This document shows, one piece after another, positions 1 through 7,990 of a stretch of DNA of 24,000 nt. The notes under the pieces were generated by a model, which was given only the letters and a program-made list of their open reading frames with translations, did no database searches and was not told the DNA's origin. The translations under genes were made by a program, and so were the position numbers. The stretch is from Endozoicomonas gorgoniicola (GTDB lineage: Bacteria; Pseudomonadota; Gammaproteobacteria; Pseudomonadales; Endozoicomonadaceae): positions 3,243,733 to 3,267,732 of the forward strand of contig NZ_JAPFCC010000001.1 in assembly GCF_025562715.2 (NCBI RefSeq), read 5' to 3'. The stretch's first letter is position 1, and each line of letters opens with the position of its first letter.

Positions 1-1
1 T

Positions 2-1000
2 CAGGGCCATACGATTCCGGAAGACATCCGCATTCAGGGGCTGGACAGCGACGAAGCCCGGGAACTGCTGGGTGAACTCTATGACGACTTTGTTGAGGAA
101 ATCGAGCTGGTTCAGGGAGCCAGCCATGAATTCGACCTGGAAGCCTATCAGGCGGGTCGGATGACACCGGTATTCTTTGGTACCGCACTGGCAAACTTTG
201 GTGTACGTGAAATGCTGGACGACTTTGCCCGCTGGGCTCCGGCTCCCCTGCCCCGTCATACGGATGAACGTGCTGTTGAGCCTGCGGAAGACAAGTTCTC
301 AGGCTTCGTTTTCAAGATTCAGGCCAACATGGATCCGAAACACCGTGACCGTATAGCCTTCCTGCGCATCTGTTCCGGTAAGTACACCCGCAACATGAAG
401 ATGAAACATGTGCGTATTGGCAAGGATGTTAAAATCGCCGACGCTGTGACCTTCCTGGCGGGTGACCGTTCTCATGTTGAAGAAGCGATGTCCGGCGATA
501 TTATCGGTCTGCACAACCACGGCACTATCCAGATCGGCGACACCTTCAGTCAGGGCGAACTGATGAAATTCACCGGTATTCCGCACTTCGCGCCAGAGAT
601 GTTCCGCCGGGTTCGTCTGAAAGACCCGCTGAAGCTGAAGCAACTTCAGAAAGGTCTGCAGCAACTGTCGGAAGAAGGCGCCACCCAGCTGTTTATGCCG
701 CTCAACAACAATGACCTGATTCTGGGTGCGGTGGGTATCCTGCAGTTCGATGTGGTTATGCGCCGTCTGAAAGATGAATACAAGGTAGAAGCCCTGTATG
801 AACCGGTGAACGTTAACACCGCTCGCTGGATTGAGTGCAGCGACGAGAGAAAACTGGAAGAGTTCAAGCGTAAATGCGCTGAAAACCTGGCCATAGATGG
901 TGGTGGTCACCTGACCTACCTGGCTCCAACCCGGGTTAACCTGTCGCTGTCTCAGGAACGTTATCCGGACGTTGAATTCCGTACTACCCGCGAGCACTGA
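2..1000 (+). CDS. prfC: peptide chain release factor 3 (RF3), 5'-truncated by the window edge
   Basis: The frame is open from position 2 ([22 protein letters not shown]...), upstream of the tracked Met at 161. The translation [15 protein letters not shown]...[29 protein letters not shown]...LQFDVV matches the remembered RF3 C-terminal two thirds. A hairpin follows the stop codon. Confidence 0.93.
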   Translation, partial: QGHTIPEDIRIQGLDSDEARELLGELYDDFVEEIELVQGASHEFDLEAYQAGRMTPVFFGTALANFGVREMLDDFARWAPAPLPRHTDERAVEPAEDKFSGFVFKIQANMDPKHRDRIAFLRICSGKYTRNMKMKHVRIGKDVKIADAVTFLAGDRSHVEEAMSGDIIGLHNHGTIQIGDTFSQGELMKFTGIPHFAPEMFRRVRLKDPLKLKQLQKGLQQLSEEGATQLFMPLNNNDLILGAVGILQFDVVMRRLKDEYKVEALYEPVNVNTARWIECSDERKLEEFKRKCAENLAIDGGGHLTYLAPTRVNLSLSQERYPDVEFRTTREH

Positions 1001-1009
1001 TTTCTGTAA

Positions 1010-1034
1010 AAGGCCGGGACTTCCGGCCTTATTA
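1010..1034 (+). terminator. candidate rho-independent terminator of prfC
   Basis: An 8-bp perfect stem AAGGCCGG (1010-1017) / CCGGCCTT (1023-1030) has a 5-nt loop and begins 10 nt after the prfC stop. The T-tract is short and interrupted (TTATTAT). Confidence 0.5.
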
Positions 1035-1148
1035 TAAGTATTAAATAACCGCCTGAGTCACTGTTTTATGTAGCATAACTGTTCAAAATTCTGCGTAATC
1101 GCCTGTTTTCACCTAATCTTTACTCTCCAGCCCCCTCCCGGAGCCTAT

Positions 1149-2339
1149 ATGAATGAATTTGTCTCGGTGTCTGATAAAGACAAAACCCAAACGAGCAGCC
1201 TTAGTGCTCGCCAGATCATCGAACCTCTGGGCCTGATACTGTTTCTGGTTCTGTTTTTTGGTTACCTGGGCTCTGAAATGGGGCTCTCCAATATGTTCAA
1301 CACACTGTTTAACACGGCGCACGACCTGCTTTTACATACGGTTCTGTTCCTTATGGGTATTACCGTACTTGCAGGCGCCCTGAGTCGGCTTCTTACTGAA
1401 TTCCATGTCATCAGCCTGCTGGAACGCCTACTGATGCCGCTGATGCGCCCTGTGTTCAACTTGCCCGGTCGAGCCGCCATGGCCGCCATGATGACCTTTT
1501 TCTCGGATAATCCCGCGATTATCAGCCTTACCAAAGACAAACGCTTCAGCAGCAGTTTCAAGCCCCATGAGCTGATTTCCCTGACCAACTTTGGTACAGC
1601 CTTTGGCATGGGACTGATCGTTATTACCTTTATGGCCACACTGGAAAGCGCTCCCGGCCAGAACTTTCTTAATGCGGCACTGGTAGGGCTGGCGGGCGCA
1701 ATGGTCGGCGCAGTCATTTCCACACGCCTGATGCAGCGACTGACCGCCTCTGATATCAAAGCCATCAACCTGAACAACCTCAACTCAAAAAACTCAGAGC
1801 TGCCCGAAGATCATGACAACAGCCCTGTCTGGCTACGTGGCCTGAATTCGATTCTGGACGGGGGAAAAAGCGGCGTAGAAATGGGCATGGCAATCATTCC
1901 CGGCGTACTGATTATCAGTACCATCGTAATGGTACTGACCTTCGGCCCTTCTGCGGAAGGTTATACCGGTGCGGCTTACGAAGGCGTCGCCCTGTTGCCG
2001 AAACTGGCGGGTGAATTGTCCTGGCTGTTCCAGTTGCTGTTTGGTTTTGACCACCCTGAACTGGTCGCGTTTCCGATTACATCACTGGGCGCTGTCGGTG
2101 CCGCCATGTCACTGGTGCCTAACTTTATCTCCCAGGGCATTATCAGTGAAAGCGATATTGCCGTGTTCACAGCTATGGGCATGTGCTGGAGTGGTTATCT
2201 GAGTACACACACTGCCATGCTGGACACTCTGGGCTTTCGCAAGCTGACCTCCAAGGCGATCATTGCGCATACCATAGGCGGACTCTGCGCCGGTGTGGCT
2301 GCCCGTTATATTTATCTGCTGGTTCAGAATCTGTTCTAA
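1149..2339 (+). CDS. polytopic inner-membrane protein, possibly of the nucleoside-recognition (Gate) domain family
   Basis: 396-aa ORF with GGAG 5 nt upstream of the ATG. It has many hydrophobic segments in two halves separated by a polar linker (NLNNLNSKNSELPEDHDNSP). The family assignment is from memory only. Confidence 0.75.
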   Translation: MNEFVSVSDKDKTQTSSLSARQIIEPLGLILFLVLFFGYLGSEMGLSNMFNTLFNTAHDLLLHTVLFLMGITVLAGALSRLLTEFHVISLLERLLMPLMRPVFNLPGRAAMAAMMTFFSDNPAIISLTKDKRFSSSFKPHELISLTNFGTAFGMGLIVITFMATLESAPGQNFLNAALVGLAGAMVGAVISTRLMQRLTASDIKAINLNNLNSKNSELPEDHDNSPVWLRGLNSILDGGKSGVEMGMAIIPGVLIISTIVMVLTFGPSAEGYTGAAYEGVALLPKLAGELSWLFQLLFGFDHPELVAFPITSLGAVGAAMSLVPNFISQGIISESDIAVFTAMGMCWSGYLSTHTAMLDTLGFRKLTSKAIIAHTIGGLCAGVAARYIYLLVQNLF

Positions 2340-2351
2340 GTCGGTAACAAT

Positions 2352-2397
2352 TTGGCTGTTGGCTTTTAGCTGTTCATACGGCCAAGCCAACAGCCAA
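2352..2397. terminator. bidirectional hairpin between convergent genes
   Basis: Perfect 14-bp arms TTGGCTGTTGGCTT (2352-2365) / AAGCCAACAGCCAA (2384-2397) have an 18-nt loop. The hairpin sits between the + gene stop (2339) and the - gene stop (2402). Confidence 0.6.
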
Positions 2398-2401
2398 CAT
2401 T

Positions 2402-2935
2402 TTAATGAGAATGACCGTGTGAATCTTTCGACATGGTTTTCATCAACGGCTTGACCGGAGCCATGATATCTATGGCATCTGAGTCAGAAAAATGCAGAGT
2501 TAATGGCACTTCTTCGCCTGCCTCCAGCGTTCTTTTTAACCCCATTAGCATAATGTGGTAGCCGCCAGACTTAAGCTCAACCACTTTACCCACAGGTAGC
2601 GACAGCTCATCCGCTTTAAACATCACCATTTTGTCTCCCTCATGGCGATGACCGTGTATCTCTACCCTTTCGGCCACGCTGCTGTCTGCGCTGACCAGTT
2701 TGATATCGTCCTTGCCGTTGTTTTGCAACGTCATATACGCTGCCGTATTGGTGGATGTCGGCGGTACGGCTCTCACCATCGGGTCGGAGATATCAACAAC
2801 AGCAGCATGTGCGGAACCGATACAAACAGCCATTGATAAGCCAGCCATCGTCAAGCCGGAAATTGCTAAGCCAGAAATTGCTAAGCCGGAAAAGGATGCT
2901 TTAAAAGAGCGAAAGGCAGGTGCCAGATACTTCAT
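2402..2935 (-). CDS. periplasmic copper chaperone PCu(A)C (DUF461 family)
   Basis: N-terminal signal peptide. The core AYMTLQNNG...VEIHGH...MVMF...GGYHIMLMGLK fits the remembered PCu(A)C His/Met copper motif and the GGxHxMLxGL signature. The tail is His-rich (SKDSHGHSH). Confidence 0.85.
   Translation of the reverse strand: MKYLAPAFRSFKASFSGLAISGLAISGLTMAGLSMAVCIGSAHAAVVDISDPMVRAVPPTSTNTAAYMTLQNNGKDDIKLVSADSSVAERVEIHGHRHEGDKMVMFKADELSLPVGKVVELKSGGYHIMLMGLKRTLEAGEEVPLTLHFSDSDAIDIMAPVKPLMKTMSKDSHGHSH
2838..2897. repeat. four imperfect 15-bp tandem units inside the PCu(A)C signal-peptide coding region
   Basis: Units: AAGCCAGCCATCGTC, AAGCCGGAAATTGCT, AAGCCAGAAATTGCT and AAGCCGGAAAAGGAT. On the coding strand they give the pentapeptide repeat (I/M)(S/A)GL(A/T/S) x4. 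Confidence 0.7.
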
Positions 2936-3430
2936 TTACTTATTCTCCAACTCAAAAACCATTATTCTTGTTAACTGATCAAACTCAACCACTACCTTTG
3001 CCAGCCAGACCATGTTCCGGTCAGCCGGACAAAACGTAATCATTGCCGAACCCTCAAAATGCCATTGACCGGCCGGGTGCTGATCTGCTGAGCCTTGCTG
3101 CAGCGATAAATGATACGGCATCAATCCCATTGGCATATCCCGCCCAACAAATTCCAGGCTCACCGATACCGGCTTAGCGCCGTCGACAAGCGCATCAACC
3201 TGCAATGGCTGCAATACTGGCATAGTATAAGGCTTAATGACAAGATTGACGGAGCCTTCCTCAAAGTCCAGCAGACAACCCGCTGAAACCCGACAGTTCG
3301 AGTGATAATATTCTCTGGATTTATCTTCAGATGAACGAAGAAATGGTTGTTTTAATAATCCGGGCAGCGCTACCAGCACGACAATAAAAATCAGTACCAG
3401 CAACACACCGCCATACTGCTTATAATTCAT
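2936..3430 (-). CDS. membrane-anchored hypothetical protein co-operonic with PCu(A)C
   Basis: The start was moved to the internal ATG at 3430 (MNYKQYGGVLLVLIFIVVLVALPGLL is a clear N-terminal TM anchor). The tracked start at 3544 would overlap the divergent tatD-like gene. Its stop (2936-2938) abuts the PCu(A)C ATG (2935). I recognise no family. Confidence 0.65.
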   Translation of the reverse strand: MNYKQYGGVLLVLIFIVVLVALPGLLKQPFLRSSEDKSREYYHSNCRVSAGCLLDFEEGSVNLVIKPYTMPVLQPLQVDALVDGAKPVSVSLEFVGRDMPMGLMPYHLSLQQGSADQHPAGQWHFEGSAMITFCPADRNMVWLAKVVVEFDQLTRIMVFELENK

Positions 3431-3471
3431 GGCAGCATTATACGCACAATCACCTACAACATTGAACGACA

Positions 3472-4266
3472 ATGATAACTTGCTCCCCCTTGATAGACAG
3501 CCACTGCCACCTTGATTTTCCAGAGTTTGACCCGGATCGGTCACAGGTTCTAACGACTGCCTTTGAACAGGGGGTTGAAGTTATCTGCGTTCCCGGAACT
3601 GAATCGGAACGCTGGGAACCATTGCTACAAATGTGCTCAGACATACAGAAACCAGTGAAACTGTTTGCCGCACTGGGTATTCACCCATGGTTTGTGGGTC
3701 AGCACGAACCAAACGACCTGCAAAGGCTGGCAGAGTATTTTGAAACCAACGAACACATTGTCGCTGTTGGTGAAGCAGGTCTGGACTTTGCCCTGCAAAG
3801 CGTTAATCGTAAAGCTCAGATGTTCTGGCTTACCGAACAACTGGAACTGGCCCGGCAATTTGGAAAACCCGTTATTCTGCACGCCCGTAAAGCCCATGAC
3901 CTGATACTGAAACAGTTGCGACAAAAGCCAGTTAAACAGGGTGGCATAGTACATGCCTTTTCCGGCAGCGAGCAGCAAGCCTACCAGTATATTGAACAAG
4001 GATTCTGTCTTGGTTTTGGTGGCGGCATCACCTACCCAAGAGCGAAGAAAACCAGAGCCCTGGCCGCTTCCCTGCCCCTGAGTTCATTAGTACTGGAAAC
4101 CGACGCGCCCGATATGCCGCTGTGTGGCTTTCAGGGCCAACGCAATGAACCCGCACAACTGACTGTGGTGCTTGAAACTCTGGCTGAGCTTCGTCGGGAA
4201 CCTAAAGCGGAGATTGCAGAAGCGACTCGTCTTAATACGATCAAAATACTGTCACTGCTCCCCTAA
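3472..4266 (+). CDS. TatD-family metal-dependent hydrolase (YjjV-like)
   Basis: The N-terminal LIDSHCHLDFPEF motif, GIHPW, EAGLDF, ILHARKAH, VHAFSG and LETDAPDM are the remembered TatD/YjjV metal-ligand motifs in the right order. Confidence 0.9.
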   Translation: MITCSPLIDSHCHLDFPEFDPDRSQVLTTAFEQGVEVICVPGTESERWEPLLQMCSDIQKPVKLFAALGIHPWFVGQHEPNDLQRLAEYFETNEHIVAVGEAGLDFALQSVNRKAQMFWLTEQLELARQFGKPVILHARKAHDLILKQLRQKPVKQGGIVHAFSGSEQQAYQYIEQGFCLGFGGGITYPRAKKTRALAASLPLSSLVLETDAPDMPLCGFQGQRNEPAQLTVVLETLAELRREPKAEIAEATRLNTIKILSLLP

Positions 4267-4775
4267 CCGCGTCGCTGCTGTTTCTTTAATGCTTTCTTAG
4301 CCCGTTGCCGCACCATCTTTTGTTTGAGCGGAGATAGCTTATCGATGAAAAGAATACCATCCAGGTGATCGATCTCGTGCTGAAATGCTTCGGCAAGAAT
4401 CCCCTCACCTTCCATTTCAAAAAATTCACCATTACGATCCTGCGCCCGGACTTTAACCCAACCAGCACGTTTAACCGCAGCCCAGCAACCGGGTAGCGAC
4501 AGGCAGCCCATTTCCATATTCTGCTCACTGCCTGAGTCAATAATTTCCGGATTAACCAGAACCAGCGGCTGGCTGCGATCAGAGCTAACATCAATAACCG
4601 CTACCCGAATATCCAGCCCAACCTGGGTGGCAGCCAGACCCGCACCGTTTACTTCGTACATGGTTTCAAGCATGTCATCGACAATTGTCTGCAAGCTGTC
4701 GCCGAAGTCGGAAACGGGTTGGGTTGGTTGTCTTAAATGAGGGTGAGATTCGTCAACCAGTTGTAATAAAGCCAT
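4263..4775 (-). CDS. def: peptide deformylase
   Basis: All three deformylase motifs are present: GAGLAATQVG, EMGCLSLPG (EGCLS-type) and HEIDHLDG. At 170 aa the length is typical. Confidence 0.93.
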   Translation of the reverse strand: MALLQLVDESHPHLRQPTQPVSDFGDSLQTIVDDMLETMYEVNGAGLAATQVGLDIRVAVIDVSSDRSQPLVLVNPEIIDSGSEQNMEMGCLSLPGCWAAVKRAGWVKVRAQDRNGEFFEMEGEGILAEAFQHEIDHLDGILFIDKLSPLKQKMVRQRAKKALKKQQRRG

Positions 4776-4862
4776 CTGTTTTCTTCTGATGATTTTCTGA
4801 AATGATCACTACACCAATATAGACAGAGCGGCTTTATATGAACAACCCCACCCCATTGTTTG

Positions 4863-5900
4863 TCAGTGTAATTGCGACGGCAGTCGTTCTGCCCACTTCT
4901 GCAGTGCCACCTGCTGCATATCCACCACCTCATCGCTTTCATCAACGATTTCACGACCCAGCAGGGTTTCAATCATATCTTCCAGCGTCACAATACCTCT
5001 GATATCGCCATACTCAGTCACCACCATGGCGATATGATTGCGTTGCTCCAGCAGCGTTGTCATCAATCTCGGCAGGGATTCATTTTCAAGCACAGCAATG
5101 ATAGGACGCTTCAGTTCACCCAGCGTCGCTTTGCCACCCTTCTGATGATAAGCCATCAGGATGTCATTTTTCATTACAAAGCCATTGATATCATCCGGTT
5201 CATCGCTATAAACCGGAACCCTTGAGAAGGCATTGTCAGGGTATGTCTGCAGATAAGTTTCTGCATCCATGGATTCAGGCAGAGTGAACAGAACTGAGCG
5301 AGGTGTCATGATCTCAACAATTTTCAGATCCCTGAAGCGAAGCATGTTTTTAAGCAGATCCGACTCAATGCCGTGAAGAACACCTTCCTCTTCGCCAATA
5401 TCTGCCATGGCGCTGATTTCATCACGCAGATAATCACTCTTTTTATGTCTGGGAGTCAGCTGTCGGGTAATCTGTTCAGCCAGCCAGATGAGCGGCATCT
5501 GTAACTTGACCAGAAAACTGACACACACTGCCGTAGACGGGGCCAGTTTCTGCCAGCCATTTGCCCCCAGAGTTTTAGGGATAATTTCTGACACAAACAG
5601 AATTAACAGAGTCAGAACGGCAACAAACAGGCCAGTCGAACCATCACCAAACACGCTGGCGGCCTGAACCCCTGCCCCGGCTGCACCAACAGTGTGGGCA
5701 ATGGTATTCAGGATCAGCACGGCTGCCCGTGAACGATCGAGATTGTCGTGCAACCCCCTGACCGCACTTGCCCAGCGACTCTGTTTCTTTTCCAGATTTA
5801 TGACATAAGCCGGGGTGAGATGATGAAGAACCGATTCAAATACGGAACAGAAAAACGATACCACCAGGGCAACCGCTACAAACGCAATGAGCGCTAACAC
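4863..5900 (-). CDS. CNNM/DUF21 transmembrane domain plus CBS-pair protein (HlyC/CorC-related, lacking the C-terminal CorC_HlyC domain)
   Basis: The N-terminal half is hydrophobic (FFCSVFESVL...LILNTIAHTVGA). It is followed by a CBS-pair-like region (VEIMTPRSV...VPVYSDEPDDINGFV...IAMVVTEYGDIRGIVTLEDMIETLLG). The ORF ends about 80-90 aa earlier than full CorC-type proteins. Confidence 0.85.
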   Translation of the reverse strand: MLALIAFVAVALVVSFFCSVFESVLHHLTPAYVINLEKKQSRWASAVRGLHDNLDRSRAAVLILNTIAHTVGAAGAGVQAASVFGDGSTGLFVAVLTLLILFVSEIIPKTLGANGWQKLAPSTAVCVSFLVKLQMPLIWLAEQITRQLTPRHKKSDYLRDEISAMADIGEEEGVLHGIESDLLKNMLRFRDLKIVEIMTPRSVLFTLPESMDAETYLQTYPDNAFSRVPVYSDEPDDINGFVMKNDILMAYHQKGGKATLGELKRPIIAVLENESLPRLMTTLLEQRNHIAMVVTEYGDIRGIVTLEDMIETLLGREIVDESDEVVDMQQVALQKWAERLPSQLH

Positions 5901-6059
5901 AAATAACTCCAGAGACTAAGGTTCGGCGGCTATTGTAACGTCATCCAGAAGCAATTGACGACAAGGGAAGTCAATAAAACCGTAAGTGGTAAGATAATCC
6001 CACATTCTCCGAAATATTGCCCTGCGGATCTGAAAAATCCATTTTTTCGGTTAATACTT

Positions 6060-6088
6060 TTGTAATACGCAAATCATTTTGGTAGATT
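6060..6088 (+). promoter_or_regulatory. candidate sigma70 promoter of the tRNA-Pro array
   Basis: TTGTAA (6060-6065), a 17-nt spacer, then TAGATT (6083-6088). A GC-rich discriminator-like AGCCGCCGTCG follows, and an A/T-rich tract lies upstream. The promoter sits about 45 nt before the first tRNA. Confidence 0.4.
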
Positions 6089-6130
6089 AGCCGCCGTCGT
6101 TGAACAGGGCTGGATTCTGTTCAGGCAATT

Positions 6131-6207
6131 CGGGGTATAGCGCAGTCTGGTAGCGCGCCTGCTTTGGGAGCAGGATGTCGGGAGTTCGAATCTCTCTACC
6201 CCGACCA
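6131..6207 (+). tRNA. tRNA-Pro (anticodon UGG), copy 1
   Basis: 77 nt. Acceptor stem CGGGGTA/TACCCCG with encoded ACCA. Anticodon stem CCTGC/GCAGG with loop TTTGGGA (anticodon TGG). T-arm GGGAGTTCGAATCTCTC. It resembles remembered gammaproteobacterial tRNA-Pro(UGG). Confidence 0.95.
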
Positions 6208-6250
6208 CTTTACATACTCATGGTTATGAGTCTAAATAAGCCGCACAATT

Positions 6251-6327
6251 CGGGGTATAGCGCAGTCTGGTAGCGCGCCTGCTTTGGGAGCAGGATGTCG
6301 GGAGTTCGAATCTCTCTACCCCGACCA
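6251..6327 (+). tRNA. tRNA-Pro (anticodon UGG), copy 2
   Basis: Identical to copy 1, shifted by 120 bp. Confidence 0.95.
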
Positions 6328-6370
6328 CTTTACATGCTCATGGTTATGAGTCTAAATAAGCCGCACAGTT

Positions 6371-6447
6371 CGGGGTATAGCGCAGTCTGGTAGCGCGCCT
6401 GCTTTGGGAGCAGGATGTCGGGAGTTCGAATCTCTCTACCCCGACCA
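6371..6447 (+). tRNA. tRNA-Pro (anticodon UGG), copy 3
   Basis: Identical to copy 1, shifted by 240 bp. Confidence 0.95.
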
Positions 6448-6490
6448 CTTTACATGCTCATGGTTACGAGCCTAAATAAGCCGCACAATT

Positions 6491-6567
6491 CGGGGTATAG
6501 CGCAGTCTGGTAGCGCGCCTGCTTTGGGAGCAGGATGTCGGGAGTTCGAATCTCTCTACCCCGACCA
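6491..6567 (+). tRNA. tRNA-Pro (anticodon UGG), copy 4
   Basis: Identical to copy 1, shifted by 360 bp. Confidence 0.95.
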
Positions 6568-6584
6568 ACTTTTTGAAAGTGAAG

Positions 6585-6611
6585 AAACCTGCAGTTTTGC
6601 AGGTTTTTTTG
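6585..6611 (+). terminator. rho-independent terminator of the tRNA array
   Basis: 9-bp stem AAACCTGCA (6585-6593) / TGCAGGTTT (6598-6606), loop GTTT, then a T-run through about 6610. Confidence 0.75.
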
Positions 6612-6725
6612 TATGTGTCTTTTGCTCACGGATGTGGTATCAACCTGTTTGAAACGTGACCCGCATTAGACTCCAGATGTACAAAGGTTATCTCAAATGG
6701 CTTGGCTTCAAGGCTTATGGGAAGA

Positions 6726-7088
6726 TCAGGAATCGAAATGAAACAAAGAAGGTGTTGGTCGGCGTGAGATCGCACCGCTTTCAATCGCCATATGAACGCT
6801 TTCCTCAGCCCAGCGCTTTCTGAAACTGCGGGTAAAGTCTTTAAGAGACTCAAAACCCGGGTTTGAAAATAACAGCACATAACGGCTTCGGGCTTCCACA
6901 GCCAGAACATCTGTCCTCTCGCCCAGGGAGGTTTTTCGTTTTACGGCATGACACTGCCAAGCTACACAGTCGCGGGAAGTCTGAACTGGCTGGGTACCAA
7001 CCCGCTTTCCATCGGGACTGGGCAGCCTGTCCAGTTCGACCTTGAAATATTTGCAAAATGCATTAGAGGCTGAAATCAATACATCCAT
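6726..7088 (-). CDS. hypothetical protein, DUF6933-like (family from memory), possibly frameshifted at its 3' end
   Basis: 120-aa ORF. The pattern W-x-CHAVKRK...VLAVEARSRYVLLFSNP..SLKDFTRSFRKRW resembles a remembered uncharacterised family. After its stop, another frame stays open to 6626 (…SIPDLPISLEAKPFEITFVHLE…). Confidence 0.45.
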   Translation of the reverse strand: MDVLISASNAFCKYFKVELDRLPSPDGKRVGTQPVQTSRDCVAWQCHAVKRKTSLGERTDVLAVEARSRYVLLFSNPGFESLKDFTRSFRKRWAEESVHMAIESGAISRRPTPSLFHFDS

Positions 7089-7224
7089 TCTATTACCTGT
7101 AAATTATCTGACTGTCCTGTTCTCTGGCCTTGTAATGTAGCAGATTAATAATGCGTAAAGTCGCCAGCAGCCTGCCCTCTATTTACCAACATGTAGCTGG
7201 ACGGTGCATATCCCGTATTACCGC

Positions 7225-7261
7225 CAAAAAACTTCTCTGTCTGTGATCCTGAAGATCAGAC
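7225..7261 (-). terminator. weak candidate terminator downstream of higA
   Basis: Minus-strand imperfect hairpin GTCTGATC-TTCAG-GATCACAGAC (7239-7261) with a T6 run 8 nt further on (7230-7225). Confidence 0.3.
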
Positions 7262-7304
7262 TCAGGGCGTTGAGTGCCGGGAGAACAAGGAAGAAAAGAA
7301 TAAT

Positions 7305-7679
7305 TTATAGCGGTTGCTTTATAAGCGACTCTGCTGGTATACCAAGCATCTGATGCAGTCTCCAGATCATTTTTAACGTCAGCGGGCGTTTACGATTTAA
7401 TACTTCATAAACGCGATTACGTTTACCTATCATTGGTTCCAGGTCTTTAGCAGACAAGCCTTCCTGCTCCATCCGGAACTGGATCGCAGCAACCGGATCA
7501 GGCAAGTCGAGCGGACAGTGACGACGCTCGTAATCCTCTACCAATGTAACCAAAACATCCAGCCTGTCGCCTTCGGAAGTACCAGACTCGGCCATCATAA
7601 GTGACTCGATTTCTTTCAGGGTGGACTGATAGTCTTCAGTCGTTTTTATCGGTTTAATATCCATCCTTTTCATCTCCAT
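7305..7679 (-). CDS. higA: type II antitoxin HigA (XRE-type HTH, E. coli HigA-like architecture)
   Basis: The N-terminal helical region (IKTTEDYQSTLKEIESLM...DRLDVLVTLVEDYE) is followed by a C-terminal HTH (LSAKDLEPMIGKRNRVYEVLNRKRPLTLKMIWRLHQMLGIPAESL). It starts 2 nt after the higB stop. Confidence 0.88.
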   Translation of the reverse strand: MEMKRMDIKPIKTTEDYQSTLKEIESLMMAESGTSEGDRLDVLVTLVEDYERRHCPLDLPDPVAAIQFRMEQEGLSAKDLEPMIGKRNRVYEVLNRKRPLTLKMIWRLHQMLGIPAESLIKQPL

Positions 7680-7681
7680 CG

Positions 7682-7984
7682 TTAAATAGTCTGCGCATCA
7701 ATTTTGTCATATTGAGCATGGGTACCCAAAAAACGGACATACACAACCCGGTATGGGTAGTTTACCCAGACGATCAGCCTGTATTTGTTCCCGGCAATAT
7801 TGAAAACAGCCCTTCCGCCTTTTAGTATGCTGGCGTTACGGTAATCACGCTTTACATCAGAAGGTGAAGACCAGTCAGCCTTTAGGGTCTGTCGATACCA
7901 GGCTAAAACCGGCTCAATAACATCGGAATACTCCGGTTTCTTGAGCCAAAAATTCTTTAATGTCGATAATGCAATAATTCTCAT
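7682..7984 (-). CDS. higB: type II toxin HigB (mRNA interferase, E. coli HigB/YgjN type)
   Basis: 100 aa. MRIIALSTLKNFW...VFNIAGNKYRLIVWVNYPYRVVYVRFLGTHAQYDKI aligns by eye to remembered E. coli HigB (…YVFNVGGNELRVVAMVFFESQKCYIREVMTHKEYD). The toxin-first gene order is as in higBA. Confidence 0.88.
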   Translation of the reverse strand: MRIIALSTLKNFWLKKPEYSDVIEPVLAWYRQTLKADWSSPSDVKRDYRNASILKGGRAVFNIAGNKYRLIVWVNYPYRVVYVRFLGTHAQYDKIDAQTI

Positions 7985-7990
7985 GCCTCA

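Larger units (their letters stand above)
6131..6567 (+). repeat. tandem array, 120-bp unit (77-nt tRNA plus 43-nt spacer), 3.6 units
   Basis: The tRNA parts are read as exactly identical. The three spacers differ at only 4 column positions. Confidence 0.95.

Noticed and set aside
299-997. 232-aa and 82-aa minus-strand ORFs inside prfC. Similar antisense ORFs occur inside other long genes (e.g. 1262-1783, 3637-3999, 4872-5225, 11090-11401, 11458-12353, 14884-15153, 19138-19852, 20011-21409, 22274-22543).
   Set aside because: Each lies fully inside, and antisense or out of frame to, a gene with a clear family-level translation. They have no recognisable motifs and show low-complexity or odd composition typical of shadow ORFs.
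2936-3544. Longer tracked start sites: 3544 for the PCu(A)C partner, 9931 for the methyltransferase and 13996 for the activase.
   Set aside because: The N-terminal extensions lack homology-like sequence and overlap divergent or upstream genes or promoter space. Internal ATGs (3430, 9886, 13936) give N-termini that match the expected domain starts.
6121-6570. Regular 120-bp periodic repeat array that could be mistaken for a CRISPR or other repeat-spacer array.
   Set aside because: The 77-nt repeat folds as a canonical tRNA cloverleaf with anticodon UGG and encoded CCA. The spacers are near-identical to each other, unlike CRISPR spacers.
6850-7056. Overlapping 68-aa (minus) and 60-aa (plus) ORFs within the DUF6933-like gene.
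   Set aside because: They are alternative frames of the same segment. Only the 120-aa frame shows a family-like pattern.
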